A stretch of 64,000 bases of DNA from an uncultured delta proteobacterium (GTDB lineage Bacteria; Desulfobacterota; Binatia; UBA9968), in assembly GCA_963760795.1 (NCBI GenBank), contig CAVXEP010000006.1:32001-96000 (forward strand), read 5' to 3'. Of this stretch, positions 1 through 10,418 are shown piece by piece (the stretch's first letter is position 1; the number at the start of each line of letters is the position of its first letter). The notes beneath the pieces were generated by a model. The model did not search any database. It saw nothing but the letters and a program-made list of their open reading frames with translations, and was not told the origin of the DNA. The position numbers were made by a program, and so were the translations under genes.

Positions 1-222
1 TGGCGCATCGGCGGGGCAAGCCCGGCCGAGATCGCCGCGCTCCAGGCATTTCAAGCCAATCCGGGACTGCGCGCCGTGCGCGCAACGTCAGCCGAAATCT
101 ATGGCACGGCCGAGGTGCCGCCCCAAGCGGCGGTGCATTTCCAGGGCGTCGATGGACGTCTCGGTCGGATTACTAAATACGCCGTGGTTCAAGACTATGA
201 CAGTTCGCGACAAGCCGATTGA
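1..222 (+). CDS. C-terminal part of a DUF3182-like protein (5' truncated by window edge)
   Basis: Frame 1 reads WRIGGASPAEIAALQAFQANPGLRAVRATSAEIYG...RQAD*. It resembles the DUF3182 C-terminus and overlaps the start of an alpha/beta hydrolase, as I recall for that family. Confidence 0.6.
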   Translation, partial: WRIGGASPAEIAALQAFQANPGLRAVRATSAEIYGTAEVPPQAAVHFQGVDGRLGRITKYAVVQDYDSSRQAD

Positions 223-928
223 TATCACGGTCGATGGTCAGATAATTTGCGGCACACTGTTTATGCCGCCGCACGCGGTCGGCGCTGTGCTCTTCGCCCA
301 TGGTTGGGGCGGCAGCCAGCAGCAATACCTGCGGCGCGCGTGCGCGGTCGCTGAGCTCGGCTATTTATGCTTGACCTTCGATTTCCGCGGCCATGGTCGC
401 CGCAGCAATCAACGGGAGACCGTGTCGCGCGCCGACAACCTACGCGATCTTCTCGCGGCGTACGATCTGCTCGCAGCCCAGCCCGGCTTGAACCCGCCCG
501 CCATCGGTATCGTCGGCAGCAGCTATGGCGCCTACCTCGGCGCGATTACGGCGGCGCTCCGTGCGGTCGATTGGCTGGCGCTGAGAGCCGCTGCGCTTTA
601 TAAAGACGCCGATTGGGAAGTGCCGAAAGTTCAGCTTCACAAGGACCCGGACTTTGCCAATTACCGAAGACGCGTCCTGGCTCCAGAGAACAATCGCGCC
701 CTCCGAGCCTGCGCGGCGTTTCACGGCGATGTCTTGATCGTCGAGTCCGAGCATGACGACACCATGCCGCATCAGGTCATCGAGAATTACATCGCCGCCT
801 GTAAGTCCGCGCGCTCGGTAACGCGGCGGTTGATCAAGGAAGCGGACCACGGGCTGACCGAGCCGACATGGCAACGCGAATCGACCGCCTATCTTGTCGA
901 TTGGCTAAAGCAGCGTACGGCTGGTTAG
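197..928 (+). CDS. Alpha/beta fold hydrolase
   Basis: HGWGG oxyanion motif, FDFRGHG, GSSYG nucleophile elbow, ESEHDD acid, ADHGL His; ATG 197 preferred over 101. Confidence 0.85.
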   Translation: MTVRDKPIDITVDGQIICGTLFMPPHAVGAVLFAHGWGGSQQQYLRRACAVAELGYLCLTFDFRGHGRRSNQRETVSRADNLRDLLAAYDLLAAQPGLNPPAIGIVGSSYGAYLGAITAALRAVDWLALRAAALYKDADWEVPKVQLHKDPDFANYRRRVLAPENNRALRACAAFHGDVLIVESEHDDTMPHQVIENYIAACKSARSVTRRLIKEADHGLTEPTWQRESTAYLVDWLKQRTAG

Positions 929-1008
929 ACAGCCGTTCCAATGAAACTCGAGTGAAACTTCGGTTGGTTGATTTGGCAGTCACGCAACGCAGGTCGTTAC
1001 CGCTGCGG

Positions 1009-1220
1009 TCAATTGCGAGTGGCGACCCTCGATGCCGAAAAAATTTCCCACACCGCCATGAACATCGCTGCAATCAGCCGCCCGATGACAAAACCATTGA
1101 GGCCGAAGATTGCCATGCCGCCAAGGGTGGAAACCAGCACGACATAGTCCGGTAGTTTGGTGTCTTGACCGACACTAGGATCGGCGGCAGCGCCTGTTCA
1201 AACCGGGGTGATAAATTCAT
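1009..1220 (-). pseudogene. Truncated, frameshifted AI-2E family transporter C-terminal remnant
   Basis: Minus strand reads (ILV)GQDTKLPDYVVLVSTLGGMAIFGLNGFVIGRLIAAMFMAVWEIF, an AI-2E-like C-terminus. It follows only ~15 codons from an RBS+ATG (MNLSPRFEQAL) in another frame. Confidence 0.6.
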
Positions 1221-1284
1221 GTCTTGCTCCTTTTATCGGTGCACAAGGTTGTCCCCCGGAGCGTCCCCAAGCTACTTCGCGGCT

Positions 1285-1641
1285 CTAGCGCGGCCCGCGG
1301 ATCTCCATCTCTAAACCGTTGGGGTCTTTGACGAAGATCGTCGTGAGCTTCCCCGCCGCATCGCGATTTTCGCGCAGGATCGCCGCGCCCTTTTCCTTAA
1401 ACTCCTGGCACACCTGGTCGATGTCGTCGGTGACGAAGCCATAGTGATGGACGCCGACCCCGGTGGCCGATTCCATGAGTTGAATCGCCGGCGAGCCGGC
1501 GATGCGCATGAAACAAAACGCATAACCGGCATCGCCTTTTCTTACCGCCGTCGGCTGCCCGCCGAAAAACTTCTCATAGAACTTGATCGTCGCGTTCAGG
1601 TCCTGGCAATAAATCGCCACATGCTCCAACTGATAGTTCAT
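1285..1641 (-). CDS. VOC/glyoxalase family protein
   Basis: LEHVAIYCQDL, HHYGF, FVKDPNGLEMEI motifs; GGAGG RBS before ATG 1641. Confidence 0.85.
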   Translation of the reverse strand: MNYQLEHVAIYCQDLNATIKFYEKFFGGQPTAVRKGDAGYAFCFMRIAGSPAIQLMESATGVGVHHYGFVTDDIDQVCQEFKEKGAAILRENRDAAGKLTTIFVKDPNGLEMEIRGPR

Positions 1642-1883
1642 CGCGCCTCCTGTCGAGAAATTATCGCCCAACCTATTCGGGTCGCCGCTCGCCGTCAACC
1701 GGCGCCAGAGCTCTCTCAGTGTTTTCCGCTTGGCGTGTTTCCGGCCTTCCATATCAAGAACGTAAGCACTAGATAACTCTCGATTTGCGCAAATCCCGAG
1801 CGGAATTCCAGGAAGAGATTGTCGTGCGGAGTGTTTTGTGAAAATTTCGAACGTCCAAAATAACTATTTCGACAGAACTAACT

Positions 1884-2147
1884 TCAAAATCCGTCAGCAA
1901 AACCATTATAAAGCCAAGCGAAGATTGCCCCGGCAACGCCGCCGGCGATCAGCGAGTATAACGTCCCAACGAGCACGCTAAGCGGCCCCGTGGCGGCGTC
2001 ATAGCCCAAATACACGGAACTCAGCAGCGCGAGAAACGGGCCGCCGTAGGGAGGCTGGATTAAATTCATCAGAGCGACAAAGAGAAAACCGATCGCCTTG
2101 AGCAGGGCGACTGCGATAGCGCAGGACTTTACAGAAAGCCGCCTCAC
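1884..2147 (-). CDS. Small two-TM membrane protein
   Basis: 87 aa hydrophobic ORF ending GAIFAWLYN; AGGAGG RBS before GTG. Confidence 0.65.
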   Translation of the reverse strand: MRRLSVKSCAIAVALLKAIGFLFVALMNLIQPPYGGPFLALLSSVYLGYDAATGPLSVLVGTLYSLIAGGVAGAIFAWLYNGFADGF

Positions 2148-2331
2148 GTTTCCTCCTTGGTCGACACACTTACTGTCCGCGATTGGGGCTAGCTCACGTT
2201 GTCTCTATACCGACATGTCCGAGATGCAAGCTTCAAGACCTGAACTCCCGCCGGCTAATACGTCTTAATAGCGCAGCAATCATTGAGCACAAATTTGGGT
2301 CACTTTACTGGAATCGCCGGGGAGGTGGCAA

Positions 2332-2590
2332 GGTTCTAAAGTTCAAGGACGGATTCGGGCGAGATGAAGATGGGGACGGCGCCGTTCAAAGGTTCAACGT
2401 TTTCAAAACCTGAAACACGGCGTTGAAATAGTTCAAGCCGGACAACCGCTACGCTCCGTTGAAAAGGTTAACTGAAGCTCCGTTCAACGGTTCAATACCG
2501 TCCTGTCGCCGTTCCAATTGTGCCAATAGTTCACTCGCTGCGCTTCGTTCCAATCGTTACCCGATTGAGCCTCGTCAAAGGTTCAATAGC
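2332..2590. repeat. Degenerate GTTC(A/C)A short-repeat tract
   Basis: About a dozen GTTCAA/GTTCCA-like units, some as 8-nt tandem pairs (gttcaaag-gttcaacg, gttcaacg-gttcaata), downstream of glcB. Confidence 0.5.
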
Positions 2591-2632
2591 AACGATTGCT
2601 GGCACTGGGCGATTCTATGGGTTGGCTGGCGC

Positions 2633-4819
2633 TTAGCCGCGGCCGGCCGACTTGATCCGCCGGCGGCAAGCATGGAGCACGGGCTCGGTATAGCCGTTGG
2701 CCGTTTCCCGTCCCTTGAAGACGAGATCCAAGGCAGCGTTAAACGCAATGCTTAGGTCAAATGCCGGCGCCATGTTGCGATAATTCGCATCGCCGCTATT
2801 TTGCCGGTCGACGATGGCGGCCATGCGCTTGAAAGTCTCGATGACCTGTTCCCGGCTGAGGACGTTGTGATGCAGCCAGTTGGCGATGTGCTGGCTCGAG
2901 ATGCGCAGTGTGGCGCGGTCTTCCATCAGCGCGGTGTCGTGAATATCCGGCACCTTCGAACAACCGATACCTTGATCCACCCAGCGCACCACATAGCCAA
3001 GTATCCCTTGGGCATTGTTATCCAGCTCGTTTTGAATTTCTGCCGCGCTGAGCCTTCGATCGAGCAGGGGCGGCGTCAGGATGGCGTCCAGGCTGGCGCG
3101 GCTGCGCTGTGCCAGTGCCGTTTGTTGCTTGAGCACGTCGACTTTGTGGTAGTGCAGCGCGTGCAACGTTGCCGCTGTCGGCGAGGGCACCCATGCCGTA
3201 TTCGCGCCGGCCTCCGGGTGGGCTTGCTTGGTATCCATCATCTTGCGCATCTCGTCCGGCATGGTCCACATGCCTTTGCCGATCTGCGCCTTGCCTGGGA
3301 GACCCGTGGCAATGCCGACATCGACATTCCAATCTTCATAAGCGCCGAGCCACGGTTGATTCTTAATGGACATTTTCGGCAACATCGGACCGAGCTCCAT
3401 GCTCGTATGGATTTCGTCGCCGGTGCGGTCGAGAAATCCGGTGTTGATAAATACCACCCGCTCGCGCGCCGCGCGGATCGCTTGGTGTAGATTGACGGTG
3501 AGACGCCGCTCTTCGTCCATGATGCCAAGCTTGAGCGTGTTCTTGGTCAGCCCGAGCGCCTGCTCGACTCTTTCGAACAACCCCACCGTGGCCGCTACCT
3601 CGTCGGCGCTATGCTGCTTGGGCTTGACGATGTAAACGCTGCCGGTTCGACTATTGATAACCTTTCCGGTGCGCGGCAAATCGTGCAGGGCGGCCAGCGC
3701 GGTCACCATGGCGTCGAGAAATCCCTCGGGAATTTCCGCGCCGTCCGCCGTGGTGACCGCATCCGTGTACATGTGCATGCCGACGTTGCGCACCAGCAAC
3801 AGGCTGCGTCCGGGCAGCGTTTCATCCTTGCCATCGGCCGCGGTGAAGCAAACGTCGGGGTTCAGGCTGCGCAGCAACTCCTTCCCGCCTTTATCAACGC
3901 GCGCGGTTAAAGTCCCTTTCATGATACCGGTCCAGTTACGATAGATGCGGACTTTGTCGGCCGCGTCCACCGCCGCCACCGAATCTTCGCAGTCCTGGAT
4001 CGTCGTAACCGCGGACTCGAGGACGACATCTTTCACTCCCGCTGCATGGCTCTTGCCGATGGGATGATTGCGGTCGATGCGGAGCTCGATGTGCAAACCG
4101 TTATTTTTGAAAAACAGATGGGATAACCGTCCCGCCGCTTCCCTGTAGCCGGCAAACTTGGCGACATCCGCCAACCCCACTTCGCGCCCGTCTTGCAACT
4201 TTGCCGTCAATTGTTTGGCGCCGCCGGCGTCCTGCAGCGCGAACTCGGCAACCTGAGAAAACTTTCCGCCGGCAAGGCCCACGGCTTCATCCAAGAAGGC
4301 TTCAGCGTAGGCGATGACTTTGGCGCCGCGCCGCGGGTTGTAGACTTCGCCTTTTTCAGCGCCATCGTCTTCCGGGATCACATCGGTGCCGTAGAGCGCG
4401 TCGTAGAGACTGCCCCAGCGCGCGTTGGCAGCGTTGAGCGCATAGCGCGGGTTGTCCAGCGGAACCACCAGCTGCGGACCGGAGATCGTCGCGATTTCGC
4501 GGTCGACATTGGCGCTGGCCGCTTGGAAAGCATCTCCTTCGGCAACCAGATAGCCGATCTCGGTGAGAAAGGTCTTATATCCACCCAGGTCGAACGGTTT
4601 AGAGCGCTGCGCTAGACACCATTGATCGATCTCCCTTTGCAGTGCATCGCGTCGATCCAACAGCGCGCGATTTGTCGGTGCCAAATCAGCGACGATCTTG
4701 CCAAAGGAAGCCCAGAATGAGTCGGCGTCGATGCCCGTGCCCGGTACGATCTCATCGCGCACCAGAAGATAAAGCTGCTCGTCGACGCGTAACCCGGAGG
4801 TCTCAATATAGTCTGCCAT
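2633..4819 (-). CDS. glcB: Malate synthase G
   Basis: [67 protein letters not shown]; ~728 aa. Confidence 0.97.
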   Translation of the reverse strand: MADYIETSGLRVDEQLYLLVRDEIVPGTGIDADSFWASFGKIVADLAPTNRALLDRRDALQREIDQWCLAQRSKPFDLGGYKTFLTEIGYLVAEGDAFQAASANVDREIATISGPQLVVPLDNPRYALNAANARWGSLYDALYGTDVIPEDDGAEKGEVYNPRRGAKVIAYAEAFLDEAVGLAGGKFSQVAEFALQDAGGAKQLTAKLQDGREVGLADVAKFAGYREAAGRLSHLFFKNNGLHIELRIDRNHPIGKSHAAGVKDVVLESAVTTIQDCEDSVAAVDAADKVRIYRNWTGIMKGTLTARVDKGGKELLRSLNPDVCFTAADGKDETLPGRSLLLVRNVGMHMYTDAVTTADGAEIPEGFLDAMVTALAALHDLPRTGKVINSRTGSVYIVKPKQHSADEVAATVGLFERVEQALGLTKNTLKLGIMDEERRLTVNLHQAIRAARERVVFINTGFLDRTGDEIHTSMELGPMLPKMSIKNQPWLGAYEDWNVDVGIATGLPGKAQIGKGMWTMPDEMRKMMDTKQAHPEAGANTAWVPSPTAATLHALHYHKVDVLKQQTALAQRSRASLDAILTPPLLDRRLSAAEIQNELDNNAQGILGYVVRWVDQGIGCSKVPDIHDTALMEDRATLRISSQHIANWLHHNVLSREQVIETFKRMAAIVDRQNSGDANYRNMAPAFDLSIAFNAALDLVFKGRETANGYTEPVLHACRRRIKSAGRG

Positions 4820-4857
4820 TGGCCTATGCTTTCCTTCGCCAATCGTTGCCACCGCTG

Positions 4858-7311
4858 TCAAGCGCCGCGGCCCGCTGTGCGCCGGTTGACGATCGGCCGC
4901 TCCACCGGTTTGAACTGGCGCGCGATAAATTTTCTGATCGAGTCTTCATTGGCGAAGATCTTCTGGCCGCGCGCGCTGTCCACTTCCATGGCGATAATAT
5001 GCGGATCGTCGGTGCGCGACGCGCGAAACACGCCGTTTTGAATCATCCGCTGCACCGACAAGCGATTGTCATTGGTCGGCGTGACGTAATGCACCAATTC
5101 GGTTTTGTAGCGATGCAAGAGGAAAAAATGCATCAAGGTCATCAGCCGCCGGGAACGAAATTTCTTAACGGTATTCTGGTCCTTGACCGCGAGAAACTTG
5201 CGTCCGGCGCGATCCTTGTCGGCGCGAAAAATGATCTCGGCGATTTTGTCGTGCGCCTCGTCGAACAGGTTAAGCATCATGTCTTCGGAGCCGGCCCAGC
5301 GTTCTTTCAATTCGACGCTCAAGGCGCCGCCTTGATAAAGGCCCTGCCGGTGCCAGTGCTCGGCCCACATGGCCAGCCATTTCACCAGCACGCTGGTGGG
5401 AACCTCGACGGCTTTGCGGTGCTGGGTTTCCGTCGATTTTCCGCCCATGGAGGAGCTCGTGAGCGATGCGCCGCGCGCGGCGCGCCGGAAACGGTCGGCC
5501 CAGTCGCCGCCGACAAAGCTCTGCGGAAATTGCGCCGGATCATGGGCCAGGCGCAGGGCACGCTGAATCAATCGGACAAAGCCGAGCACGCCTTCTTCTT
5601 TCAAGGCTCGCGCCAGGCGGCCGTTCATCAACGCCTCGGTCTGGTGGCCGCCATAGGTGATGAAGTTGAAGACATAACCCATTTTGCCCAGCTCGCTGGC
5701 AAAATTGCGAATCTGATCGTCGGTAAATCCCCAGACATCCCAATTCCATGACGGTGATAAATTATAAGCCAACAAACTTGCCGGATAGGCCGCATGAATG
5801 GCATCGGCCCAGGCTTTGTCATCCGCCAGGTCGGGCCTGGCCGTCTCGCGCCAGATCAGATCGGCAAATGGGGCGGTGGCCAAGCCTCGAGCGGTGGCCA
5901 TGTCGCGGCCGCCGGCGATGACATAAAAGCCTTCCGGGGTTCTTGGCAGGTCCCAATCCCAGAAGAGATCGATACCCATTGACGCGGCGCGAGCGCGCGC
6001 CTCGCCATAGGAGACGCCGCCGGCAAATTTCTTCCAGCGCTCAACGGACATCGCCTGCTTGCCTGCGCCGCTCGCCAGCGCTTCCGCCACCGCTTCGGCG
6101 AAGGTCTTGAGCCGGGCTTTGTCCGCCCACTCCTGGCGGATATCGGCAATGACCTCGTCGACGGTTTCTTCGATGACCTTTTTCACCGCGAGTTCCAGCG
6201 CCGCCAGCTGCTCGCGAAAGTCGCGCTGGCCTTTGCCCGGGCGGCGCACCCGCTGGCGCAATTTTTTCAGCGCAGCGACCTCTTTCTCGATGCCCTCGAT
6301 ACCCTTGGCAATGCGCTCGACGAGATGCTCTCGCCTGAGCCATTTGTCCGCGTCGGCGTAAGCTTGCTCGGAAATCCTGTAGAGCAGATGACCGTTAATG
6401 TCCTTGAAGCCTTCTTGGTAAAACTTGCGAATCACCGCCAGGCTGACATTCTTGAAGGGGACGATATCCGGATTGGTCGCGCCGTAGACAAAGGGATGGT
6501 CGCGGTCATCGTCGACGCTGTCGATGGCCGTGGCGTCGTTGGAGTCGGTGCGGGCGACGATCACGCCCGGCACATGCATGATGTCGTATTGGAGCCGCGC
6601 GGCGTTGAGACGCGAAATCATCTCGGAGGTCGACACCAAAACTTTCTGCCCCTGATGACCGCAAACCTTGCTGCCGGCGCGCTGGTCTTCAATATGGATC
6701 GCGCCAATGTTGTTTTCGACGAAGGTCTTAACCAGGTTGCGCGTGTGGTGCTCGCCGCCATGGCCGGTGTCGCCATCGGGGATAATCAGCGGCGGGCTGA
6801 ACTCGATGGGGCGAGTCTTTTTGCGCTGCAGCGACGACATGCGGATGCGCCGGGAACGTTGCACTTCGTCCTGGTGCATGAGCGCGCGCACCCAGGCGCC
6901 ACCCTCTTTGGGCACCCGATCTAAAGCATAGTTGGCCAAGTCGGCGCCCGGGTCTTCGGATTCGGAGCCCTTGGCGGACGTCGCCCAGCCGCCGAGATAG
7001 AGCACTTTGATTCCTTCCATGACCGCGCGCACCGCTCCGGTGGGCGAATACGGGCCATAGGTAGTCTCTTGTTTCTTGTCCCGGAACAAGCGCTGCAAAT
7101 AATCGAAGAGCTTTAGCGCCGATTGTTTGGCAATCGTATGATCGGCCTGCAAATTGCCGCGCAATGACACAACCTCGGCCGCAGTGTGCAAACGGGTAAT
7201 ATGGCGGAAGCGCGAGTTGTGAAACCAGCCATCGGTTTCGCGCAGTTCCTTCGCCCATGCGATCGCCTCGACGTCCCGGCGCGAATCCAACCTAATGACT
7301 TTTTCAGCCAT
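4858..7311 (-). CDS. aceA: Isocitrate lyase, long ICL2-type with C-terminal extension
   Basis: [31 protein letters not shown] catalytic loop, [15 protein letters not shown]; 817 aa; directly upstream of glcB. Confidence 0.92.
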   Translation of the reverse strand: MAEKVIRLDSRRDVEAIAWAKELRETDGWFHNSRFRHITRLHTAAEVVSLRGNLQADHTIAKQSALKLFDYLQRLFRDKKQETTYGPYSPTGAVRAVMEGIKVLYLGGWATSAKGSESEDPGADLANYALDRVPKEGGAWVRALMHQDEVQRSRRIRMSSLQRKKTRPIEFSPPLIIPDGDTGHGGEHHTRNLVKTFVENNIGAIHIEDQRAGSKVCGHQGQKVLVSTSEMISRLNAARLQYDIMHVPGVIVARTDSNDATAIDSVDDDRDHPFVYGATNPDIVPFKNVSLAVIRKFYQEGFKDINGHLLYRISEQAYADADKWLRREHLVERIAKGIEGIEKEVAALKKLRQRVRRPGKGQRDFREQLAALELAVKKVIEETVDEVIADIRQEWADKARLKTFAEAVAEALASGAGKQAMSVERWKKFAGGVSYGEARARAASMGIDLFWDWDLPRTPEGFYVIAGGRDMATARGLATAPFADLIWRETARPDLADDKAWADAIHAAYPASLLAYNLSPSWNWDVWGFTDDQIRNFASELGKMGYVFNFITYGGHQTEALMNGRLARALKEEGVLGFVRLIQRALRLAHDPAQFPQSFVGGDWADRFRRAARGASLTSSSMGGKSTETQHRKAVEVPTSVLVKWLAMWAEHWHRQGLYQGGALSVELKERWAGSEDMMLNLFDEAHDKIAEIIFRADKDRAGRKFLAVKDQNTVKKFRSRRLMTLMHFFLLHRYKTELVHYVTPTNDNRLSVQRMIQNGVFRASRTDDPHIIAMEVDSARGQKIFANEDSIRKFIARQFKPVERPIVNRRTAGRGA

Positions 7312-7474
7312 GGCGCATTCCTTTTTATGGTCGGTTTAAATCCACTATTTTCCCCAATGCAACGTTCCTGACGGCCGCTTACGCTAATAAAAAGTAATCC
7401 TCTAATCAAGCGATCGCGGTTTCTGCGCCGGGACACCAGCGCAATTCGTTACAAGAGCACTTGGCGGGCCGGCG

Positions 7475-7757
7475 CTTTCACTGCGAAATTTATAACCCGA
7501 CGGTAACCGGGGAATGACTCACCACCAAGAACCCGAAGAGCACGAAGGAACAGACTTAACTTCCGAACCTTCGTGACCTTCGTGGTGAGCTGTCCTTTCC
7601 GAAATTTGCGTTCTTTGCGCCCTTTGCAGTGAATATCTGATTCCGAATCTTTCTTTCGTTTGCGGCTGCGCCGCGCTATGTCCTTCATGGTGAAAAACTA
7701 ATTCCCATTCGGTTGCGTGGCCGCCGCGCTAGGATATCTGTGCCTCTGCGGTGAATC
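7475..7757. repeat. Composite palindromic repeat cluster (CACGAAG/CTTCGTG element, TTTGCGTTCTTTGCG module, two CCTAGCGCGGC modules)
   Basis: Inverted repeat 7518-7589 (ctcaccaccaag...cacgaag / cttcgtgaccttcgtggtgag); the same modules recur elsewhere in the window. Confidence 0.75.
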
Positions 7758-7774
7758 TTGCCGATTGAATCCCA

Positions 7775-8197
7775 TCACGGCTTGGGCCGATGACCGGTTT
7801 TCTTGAAGTGAAAGTAATCGCGCAGGATCGCCGCGTGATCGAATGCCATCGGTGTTGGCAAATTATTTTCCGAAAATATTCTCGCTACCCGCGCATCGTC
7901 GGCGCCCCTCGGTGTCCCCTGCGCCGTGGCGATAAACACCACCGCCAACGTGTGGTGGCGCGGATCGCGCCGGGGATCGGAGTAGGTGTGGAATTGCTCC
8001 GTCAAATTCACGTCTAAACAGGTTTCTTCCTTGGCTTCACGCACGGCGGCGCACTCCACACTCTCGCCGTAGTCGACGAATCCGCCCGGCATCGCCCAAC
8101 CCGGCGGCGGGTTTTTTCTCTCGATCAGCACGATGCCGCCGTCGATTTCAATAATAATGTCGACCGTCGGAAAGGGATTACGAAAAGTTTCACTCAT
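7775..8197 (-). CDS. NUDIX hydrolase
   Basis: Nudix box [24 protein letters not shown]; SDPRRDPR; AFDH. Confidence 0.92.
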   Translation of the reverse strand: MSETFRNPFPTVDIIIEIDGGIVLIERKNPPPGWAMPGGFVDYGESVECAAVREAKEETCLDVNLTEQFHTYSDPRRDPRHHTLAVVFIATAQGTPRGADDARVARIFSENNLPTPMAFDHAAILRDYFHFKKTGHRPKP

Positions 8198-8211
8198 GCC
8201 GCTTCCCTACC

Positions 8212-8240
8212 TTGACTCTATGAAATGCGCAAGGTAGAAA
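8212..8240 (+). promoter_or_regulatory. Putative sigma70 promoter of tRNA-Met
   Basis: TTGACT-N17-TAGAAA, ending 17 nt before the tRNA. Confidence 0.45.
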
Positions 8241-8257
8241 GACCACTCAACAATTAT

Positions 8258-8334
8258 CGCGGGGTGGAGCAGTCTGGCAGCTCGCAAGGCTCATAACCTT
8301 GAGGTCCCGGGTTCAAATCCCGGCCCCGCAACCA
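8258..8334 (+). tRNA. tRNA-Met(CAT), initiator type
   Basis: 77 nt CGCGGGGTGGAGCAG...CTCATAA...GGTTCAAATCC...CCCCGCAACCA; C1:A72 mismatch; encoded CCA. Confidence 0.97.
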
Positions 8335-8529
8335 TACTCCCTAGAGGGAGAAGGGCGTTTTCTGAGGCTTGCGGTACTATTTTAGTTCGATCGTCGGTGG
8401 AATTCCGTTCCAAGCTGAAAGCCCCAAGATTCCGCAAGAGTCCGCTTGTATCATCGCCAGTGACGTTCCAACGTACTGAGCGACTGCAGGCGGACTTTCC
8501 TTTTTCCCTTAATCATATCGGTAATTTTT

Positions 8530-8733
8530 TTACTCGCCGATTTTCACCACCGACGTGTCGGCCTTGTGGTACGCGCCGGGGAGCTTGGTCCGCTCTAAGC
8601 GGTCGAGTGCCAAGCGCAAAGCGCGCCGACAAATCTCCGACCTAGTTAATTCGAGGCGCGCCTGAACAGTCTCTAGCCGTTCATGGTCTTGCGGTTCGGC
8701 ATTGAAATTTATGTTGACGTTTCGTGATTTCAT
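8530..8733 (-). CDS. Ribbon-helix-helix (CopG-like) DNA-binding protein
   Basis: Alternating beta strand NVNINF, helix, then LTRSEICRRAL; GGGG RBS before ATG 8733. Confidence 0.6.
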   Translation of the reverse strand: MKSRNVNINFNAEPQDHERLETVQARLELTRSEICRRALRLALDRLERTKLPGAYHKADTSVVKIGE

Positions 8734-8791
8734 TTTTGTGGCCCCCTGAAAATTTGCAGAGTTCTGCACCCTCTGCTAAGGTTAACAAACG

Positions 8792-9274
8792 GTGGATCTA
8801 GCGACGGAAAATCGATCTTTTCAGGTACTTACGACAGCGACGGCATGTCGTTACTGCGGACAGCTATTCGAGGAACACCGCACGGGGCCGGGCGTCGTGT
8901 TCCTACTCTGCGGGTGTAAGAACGTCGAACTTGGCGAGTTTTACAAATTGAAACTGGGCGAAGTTGATCGGCCGGAAGTATGGCACCCAGATGCTAACTT
9001 CCGATGTTCACCAACCTCGCCAGGAATCTTGACAGCGTTATTGGGTGGGGATATCTCGCCGCGAAATTTCTTCGATCTCACCAACACCGGAAGTGAATTT
9101 CATTTCTACAAATACCGCGATGGCCGGGCGACTGTCTATGAGGGGCACTGCGATAGCGTGACGTTTGGTTGGGCGCAGCATCAAGCAAGGACCCATGACC
9201 ACCATTTAACCAAGTCATCCAACGCAAACCTCATTCAAGCAACTTATTCCGCGAGCGGTTCCGCCGTCCTTTAA
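8792..9274 (+). CDS. Hypothetical protein with CxxC...CxC possible zinc site
   Basis: 160 aa ORF with CRYC and CGC; divergent from the RHH gene. Confidence 0.4.
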   Translation: MDLATENRSFQVLTTATACRYCGQLFEEHRTGPGVVFLLCGCKNVELGEFYKLKLGEVDRPEVWHPDANFRCSPTSPGILTALLGGDISPRNFFDLTNTGSEFHFYKYRDGRATVYEGHCDSVTFGWAQHQARTHDHHLTKSSNANLIQATYSASGSAVL

Positions 9275-9359
9275 TGGCCGACGCGTTTCACGCCAGATTC
9301 GACATCGATCTTTCTCTCGATGAAGCCCGGCGACGCTTCGTAAATCGCGTAGAAACCCG

Positions 9360-10418
9360 GTGCTTTCCCACAACGGAGCTGGTTCGTTGAACGTAACCGC
9401 TGACGAGCTGCGCGAATACATCGAGACCTTTCATCGCACTCTGGCGGACTCAGTGCAAAAATATCTTCCTCCAGGGCATTCGTCCGATCTTTTTCATACT
9501 TCACTTTTACCAGCACGAATCACGGGATACGTGTCAACGCAATTCGGCGTGGCAATCGAGTACGAGGGAGCTACTAAAACCTCGGTTGATATCGTTCGCG
9601 GTAGTGCACGCGTCGAAGATTTGTTCATCAAGATGCCTGCGACTGTGCGTCGACATACCCGGCGCAACCACGTCATTATTGCCGCGCATGGTTGTGGCCT
9701 CTCCAACTTTACCTTAGAGGGAGGCTATCCCTTTCAACTGGCAAACGAGACCACGTCCGTCACAATTGTAAACATGACTTTTGTGGTTCGTTCATGGAAA
9801 CGCGTCGTTAAATTTGCCGAGGTGTTTGGGTCCCGCAAAGCGTCGGACTGGACTATAGGGAAGGCAGAGTCGAAGGCGAAAGATGAAGTGCTCGCCGCAA
9901 TGCTGCAACTGACGAAGGCTCGTGAGAGAAAGATCGACATCTCGCGGTACATTAGAGAATTTAAGGACAAGTCCGTTCTCGTGCTCGGCGATTACCATGA
10001 AGCAGGACTTGAGCGGCTCAAAAAAATCGCCGACGCTTTGGTCGCGCATGGCTACGAGCCAGTCCTAGTAAAGGATATTCCGGACAATCCCCATCAAGAC
10101 ATTTCCCAGAAGGTCGTGGCCATTGGAGCCGTTTGCCGATTCGTTGTGATCGAGGACTCGTCACCCTCTGGCCATTTGCTAGAAGCTCAGCTTTGCAAGC
10201 AGAACGACTGGATTACTGTCCTATTAAGAGCCGGTGGTATCGGCGCGTCGTGGATGACCGCAGGAGCGTCACATGCAAGTAATGTCGTCAAGGAACTGTC
10301 ATATGAGCCGGCTTCTCTAACGCTAGCAATCGCAGAGGCTGTGCAATGGGCCGAAAATAAACTGGAAGAGCTTCAGGTCAAATTTGATAGTACTTATCCA
10401 TGGCGATCAAACTCTTGA
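9360..10418 (+). CDS. Two-domain hypothetical protein with C-terminal TIR / nucleoside 2-deoxyribosyltransferase-like domain
   Basis: 352 aa open frame (start may be TTG 9387 after GGAG). The C-terminus follows a flavodoxin-like beta/alpha pattern: SVLVLG, helix, YEPVLV, helix, RFVVIED, SSPSGHLLE, ITVLL. Confidence 0.7.
   Translation: MLSHNGAGSLNVTADELREYIETFHRTLADSVQKYLPPGHSSDLFHTSLLPARITGYVSTQFGVAIEYEGATKTSVDIVRGSARVEDLFIKMPATVRRHTRRNHVIIAAHGCGLSNFTLEGGYPFQLANETTSVTIVNMTFVVRSWKRVVKFAEVFGSRKASDWTIGKAESKAKDEVLAAMLQLTKARERKIDISRYIREFKDKSVLVLGDYHEAGLERLKKIADALVAHGYEPVLVKDIPDNPHQDISQKVVAIGAVCRFVVIEDSSPSGHLLEAQLCKQNDWITVLLRAGGIGASWMTAGASHASNVVKELSYEPASLTLAIAEAVQWAENKLEELQVKFDSTYPWRSNS

Noticed and set aside
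1884-2147. Phage holin / prophage marker
   Set aside because: Similar proteins are sometimes labelled holin, but there is no endolysin or phage context
2332-2590. CRISPR array
   Set aside because: Units are 6-8 nt and irregularly spaced; no cas genes in the window
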